From a candidate division WOR-3 bacterium (GTDB lineage Bacteria; Hydrothermota; Hydrothermia; LBFQ01; DSFT01), in the NCBI GenBank assembly GCA_025060695.1, contig JANXBH010000008.1:2094-66093 (forward strand): 64,000 nt of DNA, written 5' to 3'. Both the position numbers and the translations under genes were made by a program. Positions 56,677-64,000 of this stretch are shown here, one piece after another (the stretch's first letter is position 1; each line of letters begins with the position of its first letter). The notes beneath the pieces were generated by a model. That model had not been told where the DNA came from. It saw only the letters and a program-made list of their open reading frames with translations, and did not search any database.

Positions 56677-58463
56677 TAATTAATTTCAAAATGCTCTATA
56701 TAGCTCTCTAAGGGATATTTTTTTCTAATTTCTCTTTCAAATTCACTTATTAAGTTCTGGAAATTTCTTTGATATAGTTGTGCTCTTAATATAAGCTTTT
56801 GTGCATTAAATTGGTTTAAATCTGGTAAAATATCTTCAAGCTTTTTATATACTATAAATCCTAAATCGTGTTCAAAAACATTTACTTTATTTATCTTTTC
56901 CTTAAACAGCTTTGTAAAAAATTCCTCTTTTTGATTAAATGGAATACCTGGAGGAAACATATCTGCTGTAATATAACCAGTCTCCATAATAATTACCCTT
57001 TCGTCATTTAACAACTTCCTTATAGCATTAGTATCACTTTTATCTAAATAACTTACTACTTTTGCAATAGTATCCCTTAGAAGTTCCTTTTTCTTTTTTA
57101 CTACAAGTCTTGCTTCTAATATGGACTTTAATTCACTATAATCCATATATCCCTTTTTCTTCTTATCTAATATACCAAATGCTACTAAGGTGTTTCCTAC
57201 ATCGAATACTTTAGAATATTGACCAATTTTCCCTTTAATTAAAAAATTTCTTAGTTCTTCACTTTCACCAACAATTGGAAAAAATTCCAAGTCTAAGTTT
57301 AAATATGCTGAGGTATCTACTCTAAAACCACTTAAGTTTTTGCTCTTTATTGCATTTTGCATGCTATCAACAAGGAACTTTTTTGTTTCATTTGAAGTCC
57401 TTATTTTAACTAATATCTGACTATAGTCAATAGTATCTTTATTTATTCTATCTACTCTATAGAGATAATATCCAAGTGGAGTAAGAATTGGACCAATAAT
57501 ATCACCCTCCTTTGCTTTTAAAAAGCTATCTCTTATTTCAGGAGAAAATATGCTTAGTAGAAATTTCCTTATTTTACCTGAGTCAGCTTTTGAGTTTAAG
57601 TCTTCTGAAAATAAATACGCCATTTTATTAAAGTTTTCACCATTTCTAATTTGCTCTTTTATACTTTCAATTTTATCTCTTGCCAAAATAGTGTCGTTAT
57701 ATGAAGGATATTTGAATGCACGAATAACTATTAGCTTTACTCTTTCTGGTGCTTTAAACTCTTCTTTTATCTCATTATAGTAGCTTCTTTTTTCTTCTTC
57801 ACTTGTTTTTACCAAAGTATCAGCAATAAGATTAGCAGGCACATTTACATATATCAATTTTACTCTTCTGTTTTTATAGATAAATTCCTGCTTTGCTTCT
57901 TCGTCTGAAGGAAGTGCTAGAACTGATAAATAGTATCTTACAATATCTCTTGGGATATCTCTTTTTAGTCTATTTTCGTAGTCTACAAAAAACGGGATAG
58001 CTCTTTGGTCTCTTAATAGTGCAGCATACTTTCCGTAGTCAAACTTTCCATCTGTATAAAATATAGTATCATTAAATATTTCAGGTGGTGGAAATAAAGT
58101 TATTATCTTTATTATTGCATTAGGTGATAGTGAAATTTTTAAATCTTGTAAAAGTAGTTTCCATCTTGTATTTTCAACAACCTCGTCAAATACTTTCATT
58201 CTTAAGTTTTCTATTTCATCAATTGTTAGCTCTCTATTTAATTTTCTCGTAGTATCTAAAATTACTCTTTGAAGTTCGTTGTGGTATTCATTATAAGTAA
58301 TTTCGTAATTTCCAACCTTAGCAATAATTCCTCTTTCCCATGGTTGATAAACTCTATAGCCTACTATATTTGCTCCAAGTTCAAGACCTATCCATCCAAT
58401 AAATGCAAGTATTAAAAGCCAAAGAATAACAACAGCTAATTTCCTCATTTTTTGCATTATCAT
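56676..58463 (-). CDS. Periplasmic chaperone/peptidyl-prolyl isomerase of the PpiD/SurA family, membrane anchored.
   Basis: N-terminal TM, SurA-N-like region and parvulin-like segment (GPILTPLGYYLYRV). Confidence 0.6.
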   Translation of the reverse strand: MIMQKMRKLAVVILWLLILAFIGWIGLELGANIVGYRVYQPWERGIIAKVGNYEITYNEYHNELQRVILDTTRKLNRELTIDEIENLRMKVFDEVVENTRWKLLLQDLKISLSPNAIIKIITLFPPPEIFNDTIFYTDGKFDYGKYAALLRDQRAIPFFVDYENRLKRDIPRDIVRYYLSVLALPSDEEAKQEFIYKNRRVKLIYVNVPANLIADTLVKTSEEEKRSYYNEIKEEFKAPERVKLIVIRAFKYPSYNDTILARDKIESIKEQIRNGENFNKMAYLFSEDLNSKADSGKIRKFLLSIFSPEIRDSFLKAKEGDIIGPILTPLGYYLYRVDRINKDTIDYSQILVKIRTSNETKKFLVDSMQNAIKSKNLSGFRVDTSAYLNLDLEFFPIVGESEELRNFLIKGKIGQYSKVFDVGNTLVAFGILDKKKKGYMDYSELKSILEARLVVKKKKELLRDTIAKVVSYLDKSDTNAIRKLLNDERVIIMETGYITADMFPPGIPFNQKEEFFTKLFKEKINKVNVFEHDLGFIVYKKLEDILPDLNQFNAQKLILRAQLYQRNFQNLISEFEREIRKKYPLESYIEHFEIN

Positions 58464-58490
58464 AAGTCCTAAAAGTTTAAAGTAATTCCA

Positions 58491-58505
58491 CTTTAAAATT
58501 TTTAT
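58491..58505 (+). promoter_or_regulatory. CTTTAAAATTTTTAT immediately 5' of the DUF4388 gene ATG.
   Basis: Same motif and the same spacing. Confidence 0.4.
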
Positions 58506-59285
58506 ATGAAAATTTTACCTATTGAGTTAGCTAAATTAATTTCCAATAAAGAAACTGGGATTTTTATATTTTTAAATTCAAAAGGAGAATTCGTTAGAGT
58601 ATTTTTAAAAAATGGAGAGATTCTAAAAATTGATGGATTATATGGAGAAGGTGAGAATGAAATAGCAAGACTATTTTTATGGGGAGAAGGAACAATTATG
58701 AGAAAAGATTTACCAAGGGAATTTCTTAGCTATGTTCCTCAAAAGAAATACAATATTAATGGTTTTTTAAAAATTCTCGTAGAGAATATTTCAAAGGAGT
58801 TAGAGTTTAAGAGTTCTTCAATAAACAATATCATATTTGACGCATATTTAAGCTACCTTGAGTCAGTTGTTCCATTTTTAGAATACAAGAGTGAGGAGTG
58901 GATAGGTTTTTCATTTCTTTTGGAAAGACTTTCAAAAAGCATAAAAAATTCAATAATCTTAGTTTCAAAAAGGTATATTCTATTTTTTGGAGCAAAAGTA
59001 GATATAATATTGTCAAGAGATGGTTTTATAGAGTTAGAGAAAATTGAGAATGAAAATTTGTTAGAACCATTTGATTATAGAGTAATTGTGTTTAGTTTCC
59101 AAGAATATCAAAGGTTTCTCATGCCATTAACAAAGAGAGCAAGTTATAGTGGAAAAATGGAAAAGATAAATATAGATGACTATGAAATTGGAATAATTTT
59201 TCAAAATAAAAACCCTCTTTTATATGTTAAAGATATGGTTTATCCGAAGTTTGATAATAGTGCTAATTGCATACTATGGAAGTAG
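58506..59285 (+). CDS. DUF4388 (PATAN-like) domain protein.
   Basis: The N-terminal pattern ...KETGIFIF...GEFVRVFLKNGEILKIDGLYGEGENEIARLFLWGEGTI fits the DUF4388 profile. Confidence 0.45.
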   Translation: MKILPIELAKLISNKETGIFIFLNSKGEFVRVFLKNGEILKIDGLYGEGENEIARLFLWGEGTIMRKDLPREFLSYVPQKKYNINGFLKILVENISKELEFKSSSINNIIFDAYLSYLESVVPFLEYKSEEWIGFSFLLERLSKSIKNSIILVSKRYILFFGAKVDIILSRDGFIELEKIENENLLEPFDYRVIVFSFQEYQRFLMPLTKRASYSGKMEKINIDDYEIGIIFQNKNPLLYVKDMVYPKFDNSANCILWK

Positions 59286-59839
59286 AGCTAAAATTTTTAA
59301 TTGAAGAAACAAGTAAATTAGAGGAATACTTAAAAAGTTTATCAAAAACTCAACTATTGGAAATTTTAGATATATATTTTGATGATGAAAATTTTCACCT
59401 ACTTAATTTATATAACTTTGCCCTTAGATTAAGGAAAGAAAACTCAAAGTTCTTTATTACAATGAAGAGAAAATTGAATGAATCTAAAGAGGTGTTTAAA
59501 AGGATAGAAATTGAAAAGGAAATAACACATAGCTTATATGAGAAAATGAAAAGAAGTAGTTTTTATTTTTGCTTTGAGGATATAAAATTGAAAGTGTTTC
59601 CAAGAATTAGTGTTTTTTCAAAGAGAAAACTATTTACAATTGAGGATATGAAAGTTAGTATTGATAGAGTAATTTTCAATGATAGTGTCTTTATGGATTT
59701 TTTAGAAATTGAGGGAGATGAAGAGAAAATTTTAAATTTTTCTAAGGAACTTAAATTAAAGTTCAATCTATTAAAATGGGACTTATCTAAGCTTGACACT
59801 GCTTTAAAATTTTCACATGTTAAGACCATTTCAACCTGA
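59267..59839 (+). CDS. CYTH-domain (triphosphate tunnel metalloenzyme) protein.
   Basis: N-terminal EVELKFLI (ExExK) acidic motif and a ~190-aa size typical of CYTH. Confidence 0.6.
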   Translation: MHTMEVELKFLIEETSKLEEYLKSLSKTQLLEILDIYFDDENFHLLNLYNFALRLRKENSKFFITMKRKLNESKEVFKRIEIEKEITHSLYEKMKRSSFYFCFEDIKLKVFPRISVFSKRKLFTIEDMKVSIDRVIFNDSVFMDFLEIEGDEEKILNFSKELKLKFNLLKWDLSKLDTALKFSHVKTIST

Positions 59840-61376
59840 ACCCTATATTGACTACACAAAAGAGGAAAACAAAAATGCACTAAAAAATTGGATAGAGAGA
59901 TATAAAAATGAGTTTCCTTTAAGAATACCTTTATTTATAGACGGAAAGGAGATATATAAGAATGAAACTTTTAAGAGTATAAGTCCAAACGATAGAAATT
60001 TAGTAGTTGCTGAAGTTTCATCCGCAAGTGTAGAAGATGTAGAAAAAGCTATAAATAGTGCACACAGAGCATTTAAAAGCTGGGCAAATTTATCTGTTGA
60101 AGAGAGAGTAAACCTTATATTGAAAGCTGCAAAGAGACTAAGAGAAAGAAGATTTGAAATTGTATCACTTATGAGTCATGAAGTTTCAAAAAATTGGCTT
60201 GAAGCGGATGCAGATATTGCAGAAGCAATTGATTTTTGCGAATATTATTCAAGAGAAATGTTAGATATTCAAAGACATATAAAAGGTGGTTTGTATTACT
60301 TACAAAATGAACATAATACATACTTTTATATACCACTTGGAGTAGTTGCGGTAATTCCACCATGGAATTTTCCACTTGCTATTTTAACTGGAATGACAAT
60401 TGCTGCACTTGTTACAGGTAATACTGTAGTTCTAAAGCCTGCAAGCGATGCACCTGCGGTAGGATATAAACTTATAGAGGTTTTAAAGGAAGTTGGTATT
60501 CCCGATGGAGTTATAAACTACGTGCCCGGTCCTGGTGGAATAATAGGCGACTATTTAGTAGAGCATCCATTAGTAAGAATGATTGCATTTACTGGTTCAA
60601 AAGAAGTAGGCTCAAGGATATACGAACTTGCAAGTAAGGTAAGACCTAATCAAAAATTCCTAAAGAGGGTAATTGCCGAGATGGGAGGAAAGGATCCAAT
60701 CATAGTAGATAGTTCTGCCAAGTTAGATGATTACTTGTATAGTCAGATAGTAATAAGTGCATTTGGCTTTCAGGGTCAAAAATGCTCTGCTGCAAGTAGA
60801 CTAATTGTAGTTGAGGATATTTATGATGAAGTAATAGAAGGAGTAGTGGAATATACTAAAAAACTAACGATAGGTCCATCAACTGAAAATTATAACTTTA
60901 ATGCAGTTATAAATGCAGGTGCAGAAAAGAAGATATTGCAATATATTGAAATTGGAAAGAGTGAAGGAAAACTAATTTTAGGTGGTGAGAAGGCAAATAT
61001 AGGAATAGATGGATTTTATGTTATGCCTACGATTTTTAAGGATGTAAGCCCAAAAGCAAAAATTGCTCAAGAGGAAATATTTGGACCAGTTCTTTCTATA
61101 ATAAAAGCAAAGGACTTTGATGAAGCTATTGCAATTGCAAATGATAGTGAATATGGACTAACAGGTGCTGTATTTGCAAGAGATAGATATAAGATTGAGA
61201 AGGCTAAAAGAGAGTTAATGATAGGAAATCTCTATATAAATAGAAAGTGTACGGGTGCAATAGTAGGAGTTCATCCATTTGGTGGATTTAATATGAGCGG
61301 TACTGATGCAAAGGCTGGAGGTCCTGACTACCTACTCTATTTCTTGCAAGGAAAGAGTATTTCAGAAGTTATTTAA
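59817..61376 (+). CDS. L-glutamate gamma-semialdehyde (1-pyrroline-5-carboxylate) dehydrogenase, aldehyde dehydrogenase superfamily.
   Basis: 519 aa; ALDH motifs (EMGGKDP, FGFQGQKCSAASR); the N-terminal PFQPEPYIDYT is typical of stand-alone RocA-type P5CDH. Confidence 0.8.
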   Translation: MLRPFQPEPYIDYTKEENKNALKNWIERYKNEFPLRIPLFIDGKEIYKNETFKSISPNDRNLVVAEVSSASVEDVEKAINSAHRAFKSWANLSVEERVNLILKAAKRLRERRFEIVSLMSHEVSKNWLEADADIAEAIDFCEYYSREMLDIQRHIKGGLYYLQNEHNTYFYIPLGVVAVIPPWNFPLAILTGMTIAALVTGNTVVLKPASDAPAVGYKLIEVLKEVGIPDGVINYVPGPGGIIGDYLVEHPLVRMIAFTGSKEVGSRIYELASKVRPNQKFLKRVIAEMGGKDPIIVDSSAKLDDYLYSQIVISAFGFQGQKCSAASRLIVVEDIYDEVIEGVVEYTKKLTIGPSTENYNFNAVINAGAEKKILQYIEIGKSEGKLILGGEKANIGIDGFYVMPTIFKDVSPKAKIAQEEIFGPVLSIIKAKDFDEAIAIANDSEYGLTGAVFARDRYKIEKAKRELMIGNLYINRKCTGAIVGVHPFGGFNMSGTDAKAGGPDYLLYFLQGKSISEVI

Positions 61377-61380
61377 AAGT

Positions 61381-62361
61381 TTATCTAACTTTTTTAATAT
61401 TTTTTAGGTGCTCAGAATAGGTTTTTGCAAATAGGTGTTTTTTATCTTTATTCGCTACAAAATATAAGTAGTCAGTTTTTTTAGGTTTTAATACCGCAAT
61501 AATTGAACTAAGAGATGGAGAACATATAGGAGTTGGTGGAAGACCTAAGTTTATATAGGTATTATAGGGTGAGTTGAATTTTATTTCTTCTTCACTTAGC
61601 CAATAGCTATTTGTTTTTAAAACATATGCAATTGTAGGATTTGCCTGAAGAGGCATATTTATCCTTAGTCTATTTAAAAATACACTCGCTATAGTTGGTT
61701 TTTCTTCCTCATAGTATGCTTCTTTTTCTATAATAGATGCAAGTTTTATAACATCATAAAAGCTTAGATTCGTTATATTGAACAAACTATCTATTTTCTC
61801 TATTTTATCAAAGAAATTATCAACAAGCTTCTCAATTATAAACTTTTCTTCCTCACTTTCAGAAAATATGTATGTATCAGGAAATAAAAATCCTTCAAGA
61901 CTTTTTAAGTTTTTTAGCCTATTATGTTTTCTGGAAAGATACTCTATAAAAGCACTATCATTTACTAAAGATATAAATTTTTCGTAGTTTATCTTTAATT
62001 TTTGACTTAACATTTTTGCAATTTCAAAGCTATTCATTCCTTCATATATTGTAATTTTAATTTTAAAAGGTTTTGGTTTTTGAGAAACTATTCTAATGAA
62101 AGTTAAGATTTCTCCTTCATTATATACTAATTTATATATTCCACTTCTTATATTTTTCTCAACTCCGAAAATCTTAAATAGAAGATTAAAAGGCTTTTCA
62201 AATCTGATAATTCCATGTTCTCTTAATTTTCTTGAAAATTTACTAATAGTTTCACCCTCTCTAAATGTAATTTCAGCAGTTTTTTCTTTGCTTGATAGTG
62301 GAAAGAGAAATGCAAGTATTAAAAGAATAATGAAGAAGGTTATATATAATCTTATTACCAT
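61381..62361 (-). CDS. mltG: Endolytic murein transglycosylase MltG (YceG-like).
   Basis: N-terminal TM plus YceG-like domain; C-terminal catalytic region. Confidence 0.75.
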   Translation of the reverse strand: MVIRLYITFFIILLILAFLFPLSSKEKTAEITFREGETISKFSRKLREHGIIRFEKPFNLLFKIFGVEKNIRSGIYKLVYNEGEILTFIRIVSQKPKPFKIKITIYEGMNSFEIAKMLSQKLKINYEKFISLVNDSAFIEYLSRKHNRLKNLKSLEGFLFPDTYIFSESEEEKFIIEKLVDNFFDKIEKIDSLFNITNLSFYDVIKLASIIEKEAYYEEEKPTIASVFLNRLRINMPLQANPTIAYVLKTNSYWLSEEEIKFNSPYNTYINLGLPPTPICSPSLSSIIAVLKPKKTDYLYFVANKDKKHLFAKTYSEHLKNIKKVR

Positions 62362-63188
62362 TTTAAAATTTTATAGGCTTTTTCAATAATTTCAATACCT
62401 CTTGAAATTAGAACATAATCTATTTTTAACTGCTTTGCTATTTTTACTGCGTCCAAAATTCCAAAATTGTCTCTTATTGCTGACATATTCAAATCATCAG
62501 TTATAATCTTTCCTCTATAATTAAGGATATTTCTTAAAAGCTCAACTATAAAATATCTTGAAAGTGTTATAGGTTTTTCTTTGTCAATAGAAGGAATATA
62601 TACATGTGCGGTCATAATGTATTCTATGCCCATTTTTATAAAGTACATAAATGGTAGCAAGTCTTTTTTTAAGTCTTTTAAACTTCCTATTAATATGCTT
62701 TTTTTATAGTGAGGGTCTCCTATTGCTCTTCCTTGACCTAAAAAGTGCTTTATGCAATTTTTTAAACCTACATCACTATGAGCTTTTACAAATAAACTTG
62801 CATACATTATTACTTTATATGGGTCTTCTGAAAATGCTCTTTTTTTCTTTCCAATTACAGGATTAAGTTCATCATGTAAATCAACAACTGGTGCGAGGTT
62901 CAAATTAATACCATACTCCTTTAGTTTCAAAGCCATATTGTATACTATGGAATAAAAATCGTATACGTTTAAGCTTGAAAGTTCCTTTGGTTGTGGAATA
63001 TCTTTTACAACCCAACTTGCATATCCCCCTTCATTATCAGTAGCAACTATTCCACTATAGTTGCTCTCTTTTATAAGCTTATATATTTCTTCATTTTGTG
63101 CTATCCAAGAACCAATAAAAATGCCAGGAATATTTATTTTTATTAAATACCTTAGTTCATCTACACTTTCAAATCCTGCTATGAGCAT
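62355..63188 (-). CDS. Glycoside hydrolase family 3 N-terminal domain protein (NagZ-like beta-N-acetylhexosaminidase), shorter than usual.
   Basis: A KHFLGQGRAIGDPH motif matching the GH3 KHFPGHG...D.H pattern; 277 aa. Confidence 0.6.
   Translation of the reverse strand: MLIAGFESVDELRYLIKINIPGIFIGSWIAQNEEIYKLIKESNYSGIVATDNEGGYASWVVKDIPQPKELSSLNVYDFYSIVYNMALKLKEYGINLNLAPVVDLHDELNPVIGKKKRAFSEDPYKVIMYASLFVKAHSDVGLKNCIKHFLGQGRAIGDPHYKKSILIGSLKDLKKDLLPFMYFIKMGIEYIMTAHVYIPSIDKEKPITLSRYFIVELLRNILNYRGKIITDDLNMSAIRDNFGILDAVKIAKQLKIDYVLISRGIEIIEKAYKILKW
62362..62378 (-). promoter_or_regulatory. GCCTATAAAATTTTAAA immediately 5' of the mltG ATG; embedded in the 3' end of the upstream NagZ-like gene.
   Basis: Same motif and the same spacing. 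Confidence 0.35.
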
Positions 63189-63937
63189 TATATTGTTAAA
63201 ATTTCTGGTTTTTCTTTTCTTACTACTACTGAGTGTTCGAAATGTGCAGAAAAAGCTCCATCTGCGGTTTTAATAGTAAATCCGTCTTTATCCTCTATAG
63301 TTTTTGAACTTCTAAGATTTACCATAGGTTCAATTGCTAAGACCATACCTTCTTTTAAAATAATTTTGTCATCTTTTGGCTCGTAAAAGTTATGAACGTA
63401 TGGTTCTTCATGTAGTGCATAACCTATTCCATGTCCTACCAAGTTTTTTGGTATTCCAAATCCATATGGTTTAATAGTATTTTCAATTGCCTTTGAAATA
63501 TCTGAAAGTCTATTCCCTTCAACTGCCTTTTCTATTCCATTGTATAGTGCAAGTTTTGTAACTTCTACAAGTTTTCTTATTCTATATGGAACTTGACCTA
63601 TTATATAAGTCCAAGCTCCATCTGCAAAATATCCATTATAAACTACTCCGATATCTATTTTCAAAAGTCCATTTTGGGGAACTTTTTTCCCTTTCTTTGC
63701 ATATCCATGAACTATTTCATCATTTATAGATATACAAATATATCCCGGAAAGCCATTATAATTTTTAAACGCTAATTTCCCTTCCCTTTTACTTACAAAA
63801 TCAATAGCAAAATTTTCTATTTCCAAGGTCTCCATTCCTGGATGTATTATTTTTTCTACCTCTCTTAGGAATTCTCCAATAATCTTTCCTGCTATTCTAA
63901 TATACTTAATATCTTCTTCTGTCTTTATAGAAATCAC
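63188..63937 (-). CDS. map: Type I methionine aminopeptidase.
   Basis: 249 aa; MetAP metal-ligand pattern; GTG start. Confidence 0.9.
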   Translation of the reverse strand: MISIKTEEDIKYIRIAGKIIGEFLREVEKIIHPGMETLEIENFAIDFVSKREGKLAFKNYNGFPGYICISINDEIVHGYAKKGKKVPQNGLLKIDIGVVYNGYFADGAWTYIIGQVPYRIRKLVEVTKLALYNGIEKAVEGNRLSDISKAIENTIKPYGFGIPKNLVGHGIGYALHEEPYVHNFYEPKDDKIILKEGMVLAIEPMVNLRSSKTIEDKDGFTIKTADGAFSAHFEHSVVVRKEKPEILTI

Positions 63938-64000
63938 TCTTCTAAGATTTCCTTTTCTTTATTTTTAAGTAATTTGTCTATTTCCTCTATATATTTGTCA
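63934..64000 (-). CDS. 3' end of a gene that continues beyond the window. Translation ends ...DKYIEEIDKLLKNKEKEILEE; its TGA overlaps the map GTG start.
   Basis: Open frame to the window edge; GTGA start/stop overlap. Confidence 0.25.
   Translation of the reverse strand, partial: DKYIEEIDKLLKNKEKEILEE

Noticed and set aside
1-64000. A search for tRNA, rRNA or tmRNA genes, CRISPR arrays, and transposase or integrase genes.
   Set aside because: I found no GGTTCGAATCC-type T-arm signatures, rRNA-like stretches, regularly spaced direct repeats or IS-type ORFs by eye. Coding density leaves almost no room for them, since the largest gap is about 130 nt. Running tRNAscan-SE, Infernal and CRISPR finders would be the definitive check.

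Overview
This window is a very AT-rich (about 30% GC), extremely gene-dense stretch of a bacterial chromosome. Most intergenic gaps are under 50 nt and many neighbouring genes overlap by 4 nt (ATGA or GTGA), so long polycistrons are likely. GTG and TTG start codons are frequent. The cell envelope genes (lpxA, a TamB-like gene, OmpA-like, PpiD-like, mltG, a NagZ-like gene, tatC) indicate a diderm. A protein with a C-terminal domain typical of type IX secretion (T9SS) substrates hints at an FCB-like lineage, but I cannot place the organism with confidence. The content is mainly housekeeping: murA, ribH, purC, purN, hpt, efp, accB, rpsE, rpmB, ftsH, gatB, ispE, gpsA, map, cca, dprA, pstB and phoU. 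Operon structure is strikingly scrambled: rpsE, lpxA, pstB-phoU and efp-accB are all separated from their usual partners. I found no tRNA or rRNA genes, CRISPR arrays, or transposase or integrase genes. The observations most worth follow-up are these. (1) A recurring CTTTAAAATTT (TAAAAT, -10-like) element sits a fixed 6-9 nt upstream of the start codons of at least 12 genes, with no Shine-Dalgarno, which suggests widespread leaderless transcription; the same motif lies further upstream of genes that do have an SD. (2) An 831-aa gene fuses two tryptophanase-like domains in tandem, and the N-terminal copy has lost the PLP lysine. (3) A heme O synthase (CtaB) is fused to a periplasmic SGDH-type beta-propeller domain. 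(4) A lone rpsE is translationally coupled to a histidine/phenylalanine ammonia-lyase homolog whose MIO triad reads SSG instead of ASG. (5) A compact minus-strand cluster encodes a beta-class amino-methyltransferase with a small uncharacterised partner, a cold-shock protein, a secreted tandem-HKD PLD-family protein, an extended TatD, and an OTCase-like enzyme with a non-canonical carbamoyl-phosphate motif. (6) One glycosyltransferase appears frameshifted, and one secreted-protein gene appears 5'-truncated. (7) A bc-type complex operon carries a pentaheme cytochrome c. All calls rest on reading the supplied ORF translations and the DNA by eye. I ran no database searches.
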